Positions 37,560-49,477 of a stretch of DNA of 64,000 nucleotides are shown here, one piece after another. The position numbers and the translations under genes were made by a program. Each line of letters opens with the position of its first letter. Position 1 is the stretch's first letter. Origin of the DNA: Macrostomum lignano (taxonomy: Eukaryota); contig NIVC01003025.1 in NCBI GenBank assembly GCA_002269645.1, positions 1 through 64,000 of the forward strand. Direction: 5' to 3'. A model generated the notes under the pieces. The model saw only the letters and a program-made list of their open reading frames with translations, ran no database searches and was not told the DNA's origin.

Positions 37560-40380
37560 GTTCTAATTGCATGAAAAGTTAGTATATTCTTTGATAATTA
37601 AGTTCGCCTGCTAATTTTAATATCGAAGTAAGCGCCAGTGTGCATTCGGTCAAGTACGTCGTTAAATATCTACTGAAGAGCGGCGACATGGCGACGTTCT
37701 GTATAGAGGTTTCCAAAGATTCGACTGGTTCGTCAGAAGGGTACAAGCAGCCACTGAGTCGCCTTTGGGGGACGAAATGGACGAAATTGCGCAGTACCTC
37801 ACTGGGCGTTGAATTGGAAGCAATCAATAGCATCCAGGGCTTTGAATTAAGAAGAAACTCACGCGCAGCGTAACTGCAAAATGCGTTTCCTTTTTTTCAA
37901 ATATGATTGTGCTGGGACAATTTTGTGTGAAACAAAAAAAACGTTTGTTCCTAATTTTTTGTTCATTTGTGCTAAGCGATTTTTTATTTTACTTTTTTTA
38001 CCTTAAAAAGCCTATAGTTTTTTTAAAGACTATTCGTTTGCAACAATAAAAAACAACTAAAGCTTTAAAAAACTTACAAGTCTGTACTTATTTTTTTAAT
38101 CTAAAGCTGAACAAACACAAAGCAAAATTCTATATGCAAATGCTGCTGCTTCACGTGAAAGGTCCTACTGGCTATGAAGCATTGCTTACTACAGACAGTG
38201 TTTTTTACACATTTTTAGGCTGCTTGCCAAGCCCAAGGTCTGCTTCAGCATGAAAACCACTGGCAGTTCTGCCTGAAGGAGGCCGCTCTGTCACGTATGC
38301 CGAATGTGTTGCGTCATCTGATGGCAGTTATTTTGATTTGGGGTGACCCGCACGATGGTCAGAAACTTTGACGCGAGTTTGCAGACGACTTGTGCAAGGA
38401 CCTCCGTTTCCCCCAGATTTCAGCATCGAGGAGATAGAAGACCTCGCGGTTCGTGAGCTCCAAGTGCTGTCAACTTCTATGAGTGATCGCACTTTGAGCG
38501 ACTATGACCTGCCGGAAGCCTTTTCTCTGCCCCAGCTTGCGCCGCTGCAATTTAATGCAAAAGAACAGGCAGAAATCGGTAATGATCACGCTTCATTGCT
38601 TAAATGACATCAGAAGTGACTACGGCGGATTGCACTTCGTAGATGCTCCTGCTACTGGAAAAACTTTCTTACTAGAGGTACTACTGGCTTTTGTTCGCAG
38701 TCGCGGTGAAGTCGCTCACGTCATAGCTTTCTCGGATATTGCTTCCACCCTGTTGCCTAGCGGGCAGACTGCGCACTCAACGCGAGTCATTTTTCTTTTT
38801 CTTTATTTCTTTATTATGTTTAATTATACGTTTCTTTATTACGTTTAAAGTTTTTCTTTATTACATTTACTATATTATTTTGTTATTACAAAAGAAATAA
38901 AACTGCTTCATTTTTAAGCAGCTGCATTTCTAAATTACGTCGCAATATATTTAGTTTTTGTTTTATGAAACTTGCTTTCTATTTCCATTCTTCTAAGCAA
39001 AAAAGTAATACATTCAATAAATAAATAAAAATTGTTTGCTCAGGTTCAAAGCCCGGTTTAGAGATAGATGCACACGGACACTCTGACGTCTGTTCCGTGC
39101 GAGTGCAGTCCAGGCAAGCTGCACATCTCGTCAAACCCGTTTGATTGTATGGGACGAAGTATCTACATTATCACTATCACGGACCGAAGAGACCTGGAAG
39201 CCGTTGATCAGAGTCTACGGGATATCCGAGAGCATCAATCCCTCTTCGACTTCCGCCAGGTTTTGCTGGTGGTGCAGCATAGGACACGGGCAAACAGCGT
39301 GATGGCGTGCGCTAACCCTAACCCGTCGAAAAAAACATTCCGCAAGCTGGAGGCCCGGACGCAGAACTGCGTCAGCAATACGCAAAGTTTATTCTTCTGA
39401 TTGGTTTTCTTTTTTTCTCTTAAGATGATTTGCGGGAATGTGCCGTAATAGCTGGATTTCGTTTTTTTTGCAGTCTTTAGGCGCCTGTCGAACAAAATTT
39501 ACAAAAAGTGGTAAAATCACATTAATACTTTTTGCGACATAACTAAACAAACTTAAAACTTAAAAAACTTTAATATCAACTATCTTTGGTAGCACCGAGT
39601 TTTCGTAATAAATTTCAGGTTGGTTCAGGTTGCACCCCTGAAGACAGTACTGGCTACATAGCCCTATCATCAGACATCATTCTACCATCAGATAACTCGA
39701 CAGAACATCTTATTTGAGCCGTGTACCCGTCTTTTAACCAGCCCTAGGAGAGGAATGCCTACTTTGCCACTCGGGCTATACTGGCTCCTTACAACTAAAT
39801 TGTCAACAAAATCAACGGTGATTGTCTGGCGCTTCCAGGAGTGGCCCGGGAGTACCGGTCCGCAGACAGTTCGTCAAGCGAAAACGAAGCCACGCGCGCG
39901 GTTTCTCCCGGAAGTTTTAAACAGCCTGGAAGCGCCGAACTTGCCAAAGCATCGGATGCGCTTCAAGGTGGACATGCCACTGGTGCTGATGCGCAACTTT
40001 AACCCGCCCAGGCTCTACAACGGCACACGGCAAAAACTGCTAGACATGAGCGACACCTTGCGGTGCCAAGAAGTAGCCAGACAATACAACGGTGAACAAC
40101 TATTGTTGCCACGCATTCCTTTGAGCCCCACAAACACCGACGTGCCCATAACCTTCAAGCGGCTACGCTACAGTTTTCAGTGAGGCCCAGTTTCTGCCTT
40201 AATATTCACAAGGCTCAGGGTCAGTCGCTGACGGAGTTCATCTGACCGTTGGGGTTGCTTTACGCATGGCCGACTACGAGTATATACGGCATTGTCTCGA
40301 GCCAAAGACGCTGTCAACGTTCGGGAAGGTTATAGGCGGATAAACTACGAACACTGTTTATCCAGAGGTGCCGAATTGAT
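37560..40380 (+). mobile_element. Decayed Helitron RepHel (Pif1 helicase) remnant in CEP19 intron 2
   Basis: Fragments SVKYVVKYLLKSGD, LLLHVKGPTGYE, FVDAPATGKTFL...GQTAHS, EAVDQSLRDIR...DFRQVL, LNSLEAPNLPKH...RNFNPPRLYNGTR and NTVYPEV occur in the expected order, with stops and frameshifts. Confidence 0.85.
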
Positions 40381-40999
40381 GAATTAGCATGGGCACATTT
40401 TTGTTATTCTGCTATTTTCTTCGTATTATTTTAGTGAATACCCTGGATCCAAAAATATGTCAGTTGTTCACTGGCAACGATCATTTGGCAAAAAGGAAAA
40501 CACACAAGGGCTTATACGGAGTAGAAAACGTTAACAACATTTTTCTTGAATGTTTTACTGAAAATCACGTTTCAGTAACGTGATTTTCACAGAGTTCTTG
40601 CGCAGAATTGCGGAAAAAATTATTCCTTTCATTGACATGATAGAAAATAGGGAATAACAGCATGCCATAAACGGTTCTGCTGCTTTAATTTTTTTATCTT
40701 ATTTTTTAGAAGTATTTTTAGGACAGGTTGTAGTTTTGTACATGTACATGTTTGAAAATGTATGCTAAATGTACATGTACATTAAGAGATCAGAATGGTT
40801 GGTTAATTTATTGAGTTTTTTTTATGTGATGGATCTCTCCTTCCAGAAGAAGTCGAATGAGCAAACGCAATAAAACTAATTTAGACATTTTTAAAAACCT
40901 AACATTCTGAATAAATATGTTGAGCAGGCAAATCAAACGCAAAGCAAAAAACAACCGCCACACGATGATGAACTGTTGGAGTGAATAAGACAGCAGCAA

Positions 41000-42165
41000 G
41001 ATCCTAATGATCGGTAGCCAGAGCAAGGACCGGCACCCAAACGATATCAGATTCGCTGTTGAGGCTTGTCTAGCTGGAGTCAGCCGCAAACTGTCAGATG
41101 AAGGTAAGTTGCGCTTTCTACAAGAGTATTACAAGCCAAACAGAGCCGTGTGTGCACTGTGCACCACTAGAGAAACTGACACGACGCCAAATACCTACAT
41201 GCTAAAAGAAGTGCAAATGCAGCGACCAGAAATGCGCATGATGGCGTTTTCTGAAAAACTTGACGGCCCCATTTGTCGATGCTGCTGCATTTTTATTCAG
41301 GACGTGTATCCCAATGAGCAGCAGGATGGCCCAGGTTTGGTTTCTCTCAACGCAGCCTTTGTTTTTTGCATTCGCACTTGCATTTTTGGCTGCAAAATCC
41401 CGGTCACAGTATTTAGTGCGTATGATTATGCTGAAGCACGTATTTAGTGCTACTTTTACACCTGCTACGAGTAGCAGTGTGCAGCAAAGTTTTATAGCAT
41501 TGAGCGACTGTTGGATTCAGGCAATCGAGCTGCAAGGATCCCAAAAGTCGACCAGCTCCCCCGTGCATGTTATCAGAGGGACCAGCTAGCACACGATCAA
41601 CAGATCACAGCTGAGCACTTCATCAATGCAACTATTTTTGTCCCTTCGAGCTTAGCCTCATTGGGACGCTTGATGATCTGTTTAATATCAGCAAACCGGA
41701 GCCATAGCTCAGCTCAGCAACTTGCTTCCATTTTTTGTGTGCGATGCTGAGTCCGTTAAATTTGCTGAGCTTTCTGCTACCCTCAAAGGGTATCAAAGCC
41801 ACCAATTTTTGCCAGCTGTTGCACTTGAAGACTTTCACCATGAGTTTGCGGTGTGGCAGAGATTCTAGATGACCAAGAAAATTTCTGATTGCCCGCACAA
41901 CGTTAGTTATGTATTGGACAGCTGCAAGCCAGCCTTTTTATCTAGCATCTATATGGCACTTCAGATTTTTTATACTTTGCCCGTCTCAACGGCAACAGCT
42001 GAGAGAACGTTTTCCGCAATGAAGTAACTGAAGAAATATTCAAGGGCGACGACAGGCGAGGAAAGTCTTCGTGGATTGGCATTGATGTCATCTATAAAAC
42101 CGTGGTTATCGACGTTGAAGAGACAATCAAGTTCTTCGCCTCGAAAGATAGGCGCCTTCGACTAG
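41000..42165 (+). pseudogene. hAT transposase remnant (C-terminal dimerisation domain)
   Basis: LQIFYTLPVSTATAERTFSAMK*LKKYSRATTGEESLRGLALM...IDVEETIKFFASKDRRL at about 41955-42165; the 5' extent is approximate. Confidence 0.75.
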
Positions 42166-42169
42166 TGCG

Positions 42170-42600
42170 ATTTGGATCAGTGCGCCATGGCGAAGCTGCC
42201 AAATGCAGTGATCCGCAACCGCCTCTTGCCTGGCCTCAACCTAGAATCTTCCTCCAGCTCCAACACAAAGCAGGTTGCGACTATCCGCGCCGTCATCGAG
42301 GCCTTAAAAGACCTGCCAACGCGCCGTGTCGATCGTCTTCGTGGACTTCCGTAAGGCGATCGACTTGGTGCTCAGGCTTGCGATCGCGTGGTTGCTGTCC
42401 TTAGCGTTTCGTCTGCACTGGTAGCTGGAGTGATGGACCTGTACAATGATTCCAGAGCGTTTGTTCAAACGAGCGAGGGCCCCAGTGCCCCACTGAGGAA
42501 TTCAGCACAACCTTCGGCGTCCTGCATGGCGACACGCTGGCTCCCCTGCTCTTCATCATGGTCGTGAATTACGTACTGCGTCATTCCATTCTAGCAAGAG
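42170..42600 (+). pseudogene. Non-LTR reverse transcriptase fragment
   Basis: FVDFRKAIDLV and GVLHGDTLAPLLFIMVVNYVLR motifs, with frameshifts. Confidence 0.7.
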
Positions 42601-43274
42601 TCCGGACTTCATTGTCTCCGACAGGAGGAATCAGGCCTGGCGCGCGGCGCACCTGCTCAGGAACGTCTTTATCTTACGTACAAGGGGCGGATTCTGGTGA
42701 GCCACTGCCTCCGGAGTCTCGGCCGCGGCGACCAAGTCCCGTTGGCAATGCTCCTAGCCTGTACCAGCCACGCCAAAGGCGTACTGTGACACTGAGTGAC
42801 TGTTTCGTGTCTGACTTTCAGGCTCAGCCCTCAGACCGCAGCTGCTTGCCCTTCGCGTCTCTTTCGCGACGCGTGCGCGCAAGAACTCGAGTTTTTTTGC
42901 TTTTCTCTATCTATCTATCTATTCGACAAGTGACGATTGGATTTATTTTTTATAGCGAGCTCATGATTAATGAAGTGGACTGATTCAGCCCAAGATTACA
43001 TATAATGTGAGTAACAGTAACATGTGCGCCAGTGAGTAAACTTTTGCTACAAATAATTTCGGGATTAACGTGTAAACTTTCGTCTATTTGTCTATTCGAG
43101 TTAAGTCTTACTCTCGGACAAGACAAATCTCGAAACAATCGTCTAATTTTTTATAACTTGAAAGTTATTGTAGGGATTTTTCTGTTGATGGGCCTGGACA
43201 AAAAGCTATTCTAAAAACGATAACAGAGTATCAGGTTTAAATATTTCAGGCATAGTTAATGAGACTTAACTCAC

Positions 43275-43475
43275 CTGTTTAAGTCGTTCAGCAATAGCTC
43301 CAGTAGAATTAGCGCCGGCATCGCCATTCTTTGCCTCGGCCTCAGCCGCTGACAGGTGCGCGCCTAAGCGTACCGAGCGTTTTCGCACAACGCCAAGCAG
43401 GCCACCGCGTCTGTACAACAACAGCAGAGTTGGCGGCTTGAACACCAGGCCGCACTTTAACAGCTCGTCGCCAGA
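43275..43475 (-). CDS. CEP19: CEP19 exon 2
   Basis: tactaattgcag|TCT acceptor and CAG|GTGAGT donor; KCGLVFKPPTLLLLY matches the CEP19 N-terminus. Confidence 0.9.
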
Positions 43476-43532
43476 CTGCAATTAGTAATCAGTCTTCGGT
43501 TCTATTGTAGACTTTCTTAACACCCTACTTAC

Positions 43533-43544
43533 AGTAGGAGTCAT
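43533..43544 (-). CDS. CEP19: CEP19 coding micro-exon 1 (MTPT)
   Basis: ATG ACT CCT ACT|GTAAGT, then a 57-nt intron to the phase-0 acceptor at 43476. Joined protein is 183 aa. Confidence 0.75.
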
Positions 43545-43609
43545 AGGATGATTAAGAATGACAAATCCCACTCTCTTAGAAGGGTAACAGCACTCACTCA
43601 AAAAATAAA

Positions 43610-44090
43610 TCAGAATGGAAACAGCACTCCCTCGGGATGGAAACAGCACTGACTCAGGATGGAAACAGCACTCACTCAGGATGGAAACAGCACTCACTCA
43701 GGATGGAAACAGCACTCACTCAGGATGGAAACTGTGACATGGTGACGCGGTAAACTTTGCAATAAGTTGCATGCACTGAATTGTTGACTCACTAGCAGTG
43801 GCGATAGTTATTGAATGATTTTGTATTCAACCTCCACCCAATGTGCGCTTGTATCTGTCTGCATGCACCCACCAGCTCATTGCTAACTAATAAATATTGT
43901 CAGCCTAGCTCTCAAGCGAGCACTTTTCTCACTCCTGCAATTGAACACTACTGCCTCAGGTATTAAAGATATAACAGAAACAGCGCTCCCTCGGGGTGGA
44001 AAAAGCACTCTGAATCAAGAATCAGAATAGAAACAGCACTCCTTCAGAATGGAAGAAGCACTCACTTAGGAATCAAACTGGAAACAGCAC
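43610..44090. repeat. 22-bp minisatellite (GGATGGAAACAGCACTCACTCA) split by a solo LTR
   Basis: Clean units at 43635-43732 and degenerate units after 43977. Confidence 0.75.
43733..43976 (+). mobile_element. Solo LTR, 244 bp
   Basis: TGT...ACA ends, perfect 5-bp TSD GAAAC (43728-43732, 43977-43981), and AATAAA/ATTAAA inside. Confidence 0.75.
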
Positions 44091-44339
44091 AAAATCAGAC
44101 CGAAGACGCTTAACACTGCCTAACTGGGTATACTGTATACAGTGTATAGTCAAAAAAGAAAAAGGCAGCAAAGATTTACAAAAATGCAATCGCTAGTTAT
44201 GCGATCTAGTTCTTCGAAGTGCATTTTTTATTAACAAAAAACTAAAACGAACTACTTTTTAAAACTGCTCGAAACTTCTAATTGATTTTGAACTTCATTG
44301 AATTAATTTTGAAACCTCAAGGATACAAACGCGGCAGCA

Positions 44340-44768
44340 TCAGCCCGGACAGTTGGCGGCCAAGTGACCCTCTTGGCCGCAGATGCGACATTTCACAGGC
44401 GACGGACAATTCTTAGCCAAGTGGCCCTCCTGGCCGCAGTTGTGACACCGCGGCAGCGACTTGCAGTCTCTGGACAGGTGGCCCTCCTGTCCGCAGTTGT
44501 GGCATATAACGCCAGACGGACAATCCTTGGCCAGGTGGCCGGGCTTGCGGCAGTTGTAGCAGATCAAAGGCCGCTGCTGATCAAACGGCTGTGTGTGCAA
44601 GCAACGCGTCACGCCTGTTGCTCCAGCTGTTGCTGGCATAGAAAAGACTGGTCGCAATGACTTCATTGCAGATTGGTTGCCAGCGTTAACGACAGACAGC
44701 CATCTTTGGCTGCTAAGCAGGAGGCAGCGGGTTATGGTAGCAGTCTTAACAGAGCAAGCAAAAGACAT
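44340..44768 (-). CDS. CNBP-like protein with four CCHC zinc knuckles and a mitochondrial-presequence-like N-terminus (142 aa)
   Basis: Four CX2CX4HX4C motifs; ATG at 44768 with a ttgcag acceptor 10 nt upstream; intact single coding exon. Confidence 0.85.
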   Translation of the reverse strand: MSFACSVKTATITRCLLLSSQRWLSVVNAGNQSAMKSLRPVFSMPATAGATGVTRCLHTQPFDQQRPLICYNCRKPGHLAKDCPSGVICHNCGQEGHLSRDCKSLPRCHNCGQEGHLAKNCPSPVKCRICGQEGHLAANCPG

Positions 44769-44929
44769 TGCCGCGTTGCTGCAATAGAATAATTAATAAG
44801 TTATGGTTTAACAATAGTTTAGCTGGAATTTTATAAAAACAGATAACATATGCTTCATTATAATTAAATTTTTTAAACAAAAGGTGAGTGGTGACTGATT
44901 TGAGGCTGGTTAAATGTGATCGCCTAGCA

Positions 44930-45925
44930 TTTCAGGATCGGGATCGCACATTTTTGCTGGGATCCTGGCAGTTCAAGATTGGGATCGCACATTTTTGCTG
45001 GGATCCTGGCAGTTCAAGATTGGGATCGCACATTTTTCTGGGATCCTGGCAGTTCAAGATTGGAATCGCACATTTTTCTGGGATCCTGGCAGTTCAAGAT
45101 TGGAATCGCACATTTTTCTGGGATCCTGGCAGTTCAAGATTGGAATCGCACATTTTTGCTGGGATCCTGGCAGTTCAAGATTGGGATCGCACATTTTTGC
45201 TGGGATCCTGGCAGTTCAAGATTGGGATCGCACATTTTTCTGGGATCCTGGCAGTTCAAGATTGGAATCGCACATTTTTCTGGGATCCTGGCAGTTCAAG
45301 ATTGGAATCGCACATTTTTCTGGGATCCTGGCAGTTCAAGATTGGAATCGCACATTTTTGCTGGGATCCTGGCAGTTCAAGATTGGGATCCCACATTTTT
45401 CTGGAATCCTGGCAGTTCAAGATTGGGATCGCACATTTTTGCTGGGATCCTGGCAGTTCAAGATTGGGATCGCACATTTTTGCTGGGATCCTGGCAGTTC
45501 AAGATTGGGATCGCACATTTTTGCTGGGATCCTGGCAGTTCAAGATTGGGATCCCACATTTTTCTGGGATCCTGGCAGTTCAAGATTGGGATCGCACATT
45601 TTTCTGGGATCCTGGCAGTTCAAGATTGGGATCGCATATTTTTGCTGGGATCCTGGCAGTTCAAGATTGGGATTGCACATTTTTGCTGGGATCCTGGCAG
45701 TTCAAGATTGGGATCGCATATTTTTGCTGGGATCCTGGCAGTTCAAGATTGGGATTGCACATTTTTGCTGGGATCCTGGCAGTTCAAGATTGGGATCGCA
45801 TATTTTTGCTGGGATCCTGGCAGTTCAAGATTGGGATCGCATATTTTTGCTGGGATTCTGGCAGTTCAAGATTGGGATCGCATATTTTTGCTGGGATCCT
45901 GGCAGTTCAAGATTGGGATCCCAAA
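44930..45925. repeat. 40/41-bp satellite (GGGATCCTGGCAGTTCAAGATTGGGATCGCACATTTTT(G)CT), about 24 copies
   Basis: Direct reading; explains three overlapping repetitive ORFs. Confidence 0.96.
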
Positions 45926-46339
45926 TTTTTGCTAGGTGAGATCCTAGCATTTTGGGATTGGGTTCCTATCCTACTAAATAGTGAGGTGTGCTAAAGTCAC
46001 ATTTCTTAGTATAACATCAATACTTATGCAATGATGGTAATTTACTTTTTATAGATTAATGATAATAATACTCATAAAGTAAACTTTAATTATATTATTA
46101 AAGTTATATTAATTGCTTTTCTTCTATTTATTTACAGATAATAATACTAAGCTTAGGCCTTGTAATTATCTAATTTGATACAAAAATTAGAAGGTAATTC
46201 TAATTTGTCCTATTACTTATTATTTTATTTTTGTATTGGCCTACCGCTACCTAGGGGCCAAATATTTTTTTGCTCATAATCACATTGATCCTAATCAATG
46301 CAACAAAAATGAAAATGAAACAACTACCAATTATTAATA

Positions 46340-47950
46340 TAGCATTTCCCAGTCAATCCGGTCCTAGAAGCACTCAATTTAATCCTGGGGACACCCATTT
46401 CGCGTATTCATTTTAAAAGCCATTAATAAGCAAGAATGAGTGACTTGGAAAGTAGTGCCAGCTTTGTCACTGCTGACAGAGAAGGAAATCAGGGGCGCGG
46501 ACCATATGTGAAAGTTGACAATGAGAGGTACTGTCTCATCGTGCAAGCTCTTGAGCGTGGAGATGGAGAGACTCCATCATTGATTGCTCGGTGGCTAAAC
46601 ATGAAAATTTAAATGGTATACTCAATAAGAAGGCGATACAAAACCACTGGCCACCAAGATCGTCTTCCCAGTGGTGGCCTGCGACATGAAAAACTTAAAG
46701 AGATGCACACAAACACACTGCTGCAAATGTTGGAGGAAAATCCACTTTTAACGCTGAGTCAAATGCAACATGAGCTTCAACAATCTCATGGAATTGAAGT
46801 TAGCAAAAGTACGATCGCTTGGAAGCTCGACAAGCAATTGTTTACAAGTGCTTGGTAAGGGACGCAGATATGCCAGCAGCCAGGAACAGCCTCGAAAACA
46901 TTGCAAGGAGGCATGAGCATGCCAAATGGCTGCTAGGTCTGCCAGCTGACTGCCATTTGATTTATGTCAACAAAACAGGTTTTAATCTATGGACGCAACG
47001 TGGTCAAGGCTGCAGCAGACGGGGTCAACAAGTGCGCCAAGTTGTTCATACACAATGCAGTGTCCAAGTGAACATTTTTCAAGCTATATCCCCGCATCTT
47101 GGCCTACTGTACCATGAGATTATTGCCAAGACAATGACTGCTCAAAAGTTTCAGGGCTGCATTGATTGATTGGTCACGAACATTAGTGCTTGCAATGATA
47201 TACAGCACTAGCAGCAGTTCTACATCTTAATGGACGGGGCCAGATTTCACAATGGGGTTTAAATTCCAGCAATGTTCCAGCACAATTGGCAGGTTGTAGT
47301 GCTTCCACCCTACTTGCCATTTTTAAACCCAGTGGAATCTGCTCATAGCTGTTTAAAAGCCACAATCAAGCAGCAGCTGGCACTTCCGGCAGTCAAAGTT
47401 GAGCTAGATGGTCCACCTCCACAGATGACTCTGTGTCAATGGCGAATCACTATGCTGATCTGGATCGCTGAAGAATCGACTGGCGTGGTTACGGCTGCGA
47501 AATGCGTTGGATGGGACTGTCAAATGATGCGCTTTATCCCTAGATGCACTTCATCCCTAGATGCCAAATGATGCGCTTCATCCCTAGATGCATTGCGGGT
47601 GACCCCATTCTATAACTTTGATGATGTTGTTTCTGATGCCTGTTCAGGTTTTCTTTTTTGTTACTGTTACTGTTTTCCTTGTTTTGTTTTGTCGACTAAA
47701 TTGTGGTAAATTTATTTCAGCTTCATTCTGAACAACTAAATGCTAACAAATCAATGTGTCAATCTCTTTTCTATAAAAGTAAGAGCTTTTAAAATAAATA
47801 TGCAAAATTAGTGCCCCCAGGATTAAACTGAGTGGAACAAAACAGAATACTTGGCCATAGATATATCTCTAGTGACAGTGGAATGAATTGGAATTCTTTA
47901 TTGCAAATTAAATTGAGTGCTTCTAGGACCAAATTGACCAGGAAATGCTA
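46340..47950 (+). mobile_element. Tc1/IS630-like element with a disrupted transposase
   Basis: TIR TAGCATTTCC..GTCAAT..GGTCCTAGAAGCACTCAATTTAAT at both ends with TA TSDs (46338-46339, 47951-47952). HTH-like region plus IYVNKTGFN, LMDGARFH and LPPYLPFLNPVE, with stops and frameshifts. Confidence 0.88.
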
Positions 47951-49225
47951 TATTATATTTGCCTATTATCAGAATGGTTATTGTTACAATAGGCCTAACT
48001 TTAGAAAATTTTGATGAATAGATATATATATTGGCTAAAGGTTGTTTTTCAGTTGAAAAATTAAAAAAATTTAGCCATAGACATAGCCAAGATTAAGCTC
48101 AATATTCATAAAAGGAACCTTGAATCTTAATACCAATTAAAAAGTAGAGAGATAGATAAAGTAGAAGAAATAACAAATTAAATTGTAGATGGCTATAGAT
48201 AATACAATGATATTCTATAATTAGAGGAAATGTAAGTTTTTAAATATAAATAAAAAAACTTAATCATATATTCTTCTTTTCTAGCTTTATATTATAGCCT
48301 TTAAAGTTATCTATATATAGGGAAGAATGCAAAGTAATTTATAATCCTGCCTATTAGTCATACTTATATCTAGTACTTGTATGTTTTTAATCTGTTTAAC
48401 AAACGTGAGCTACTAGTCTTAGTCTAGGAATCTATTGGCTGTGAGCTTAAAGCAGAATAGGTCCATAGTCAGGAAAAAGGCATTCATATAGCTCCTTTCA
48501 ACATGCAAACCATTTGCTAATATGGCTAAAGCAATATGCATGATAATGTTTGATAAAATTTAAAGGGCTTTATAAAGCACAATAATTTATATCAATAATG
48601 ATGACAGTTACTTAAATAAATTTAGAACTAAAAAATAAGGCAGCCCTATTGCAGCGCATGGCTTAAGTACGCCAGACGCCTACACAACCTGCGCCACGCT
48701 GTGAAATGACTTACCTGTGAAAGAAACCCTAAAGCAAAATTAACAAAAGCAAAACCCTAAAGGGTAAACGGCAGGAGTAACTATGACTGTCTTATCAAGC
48801 CTAAATGCCTTGGCATCTAATTAGTACCGCGCCGCGCCGTACTAATCGCCGCACGCCGTACGCGCCGCGCCACGCCGTATTAGATCCGCGCCGGACGCCG
48901 TCCGCCAAAATGCCCATGCGCTGCAATCAGGTAAGGCAGTTGTTATTTTTACAGTGACTATATAAATAACAAAATGGTTATTTTTATGGTTAATGCATAA
49001 AACACTATGCGGGCCTATGGTCTTTACTTAATGTAACTGTATAAATAGCAAAACTGTTATTTTTACGGTCACCGTAGGTAGTGTGGTAGGTTGAGCCTCC
49101 TACTAACTGTTTGAAATTTATTTTTGGATCCCGCTTTCTGGTCATTATTTTTTGCCATTGTCCTGGGTTTGGCCCTCCTCTGTCCACCTTAAGGTGCTGC
49201 CCTGACGTCACCCTTGAAATTTAAA

Positions 49226-49477
49226 GGCATAGTTCTAGTTTACTTCGTTATATTCCAACCCCCCTACCCTTGAATAGAGGGCGAAATAATTTAACGCAGT
49301 AAACTAGAACTATACCAATTTAAAGTATGATCCTAATCTCCGTAGCTTGTAGTTGTAGGCCCTAATACAGCTCAGAAGAGCGTCTTGGGCATAGTTCTAG
49401 TTTACTTCGTTATATTCCAACCCCCCTACCCTTGAATAGAGGGAGAAATAATTCAACGCAGTAAACTAGAACTATGC
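49226..49477. repeat. Two copies of a hairpin/MITE-like unit of about 90 bp
   Basis: Each copy (49226-49316, 49388-49477) is bounded by ATAGTTCTAGTTTACT...AGTAAACTAGAACTAT and has a near-identical core. Confidence 0.8.

Noticed and set aside
43275-43481. CEP19 exon starting at a phase-0 acceptor without ATG suggested dependence on a spliced-leader AUG
   Set aside because: An upstream micro-exon ATG ACT CCT ACT|GTAAGT (43544-43533) with a normal 57-nt intron supplies the start.
48648-48927. Perfect 14-bp inverted repeat ATTGCAGCGCATGG around a GC-rich CGCCG tract
   Set aside because: No TSD or second copy is visible, so there is too little evidence to call a MITE.
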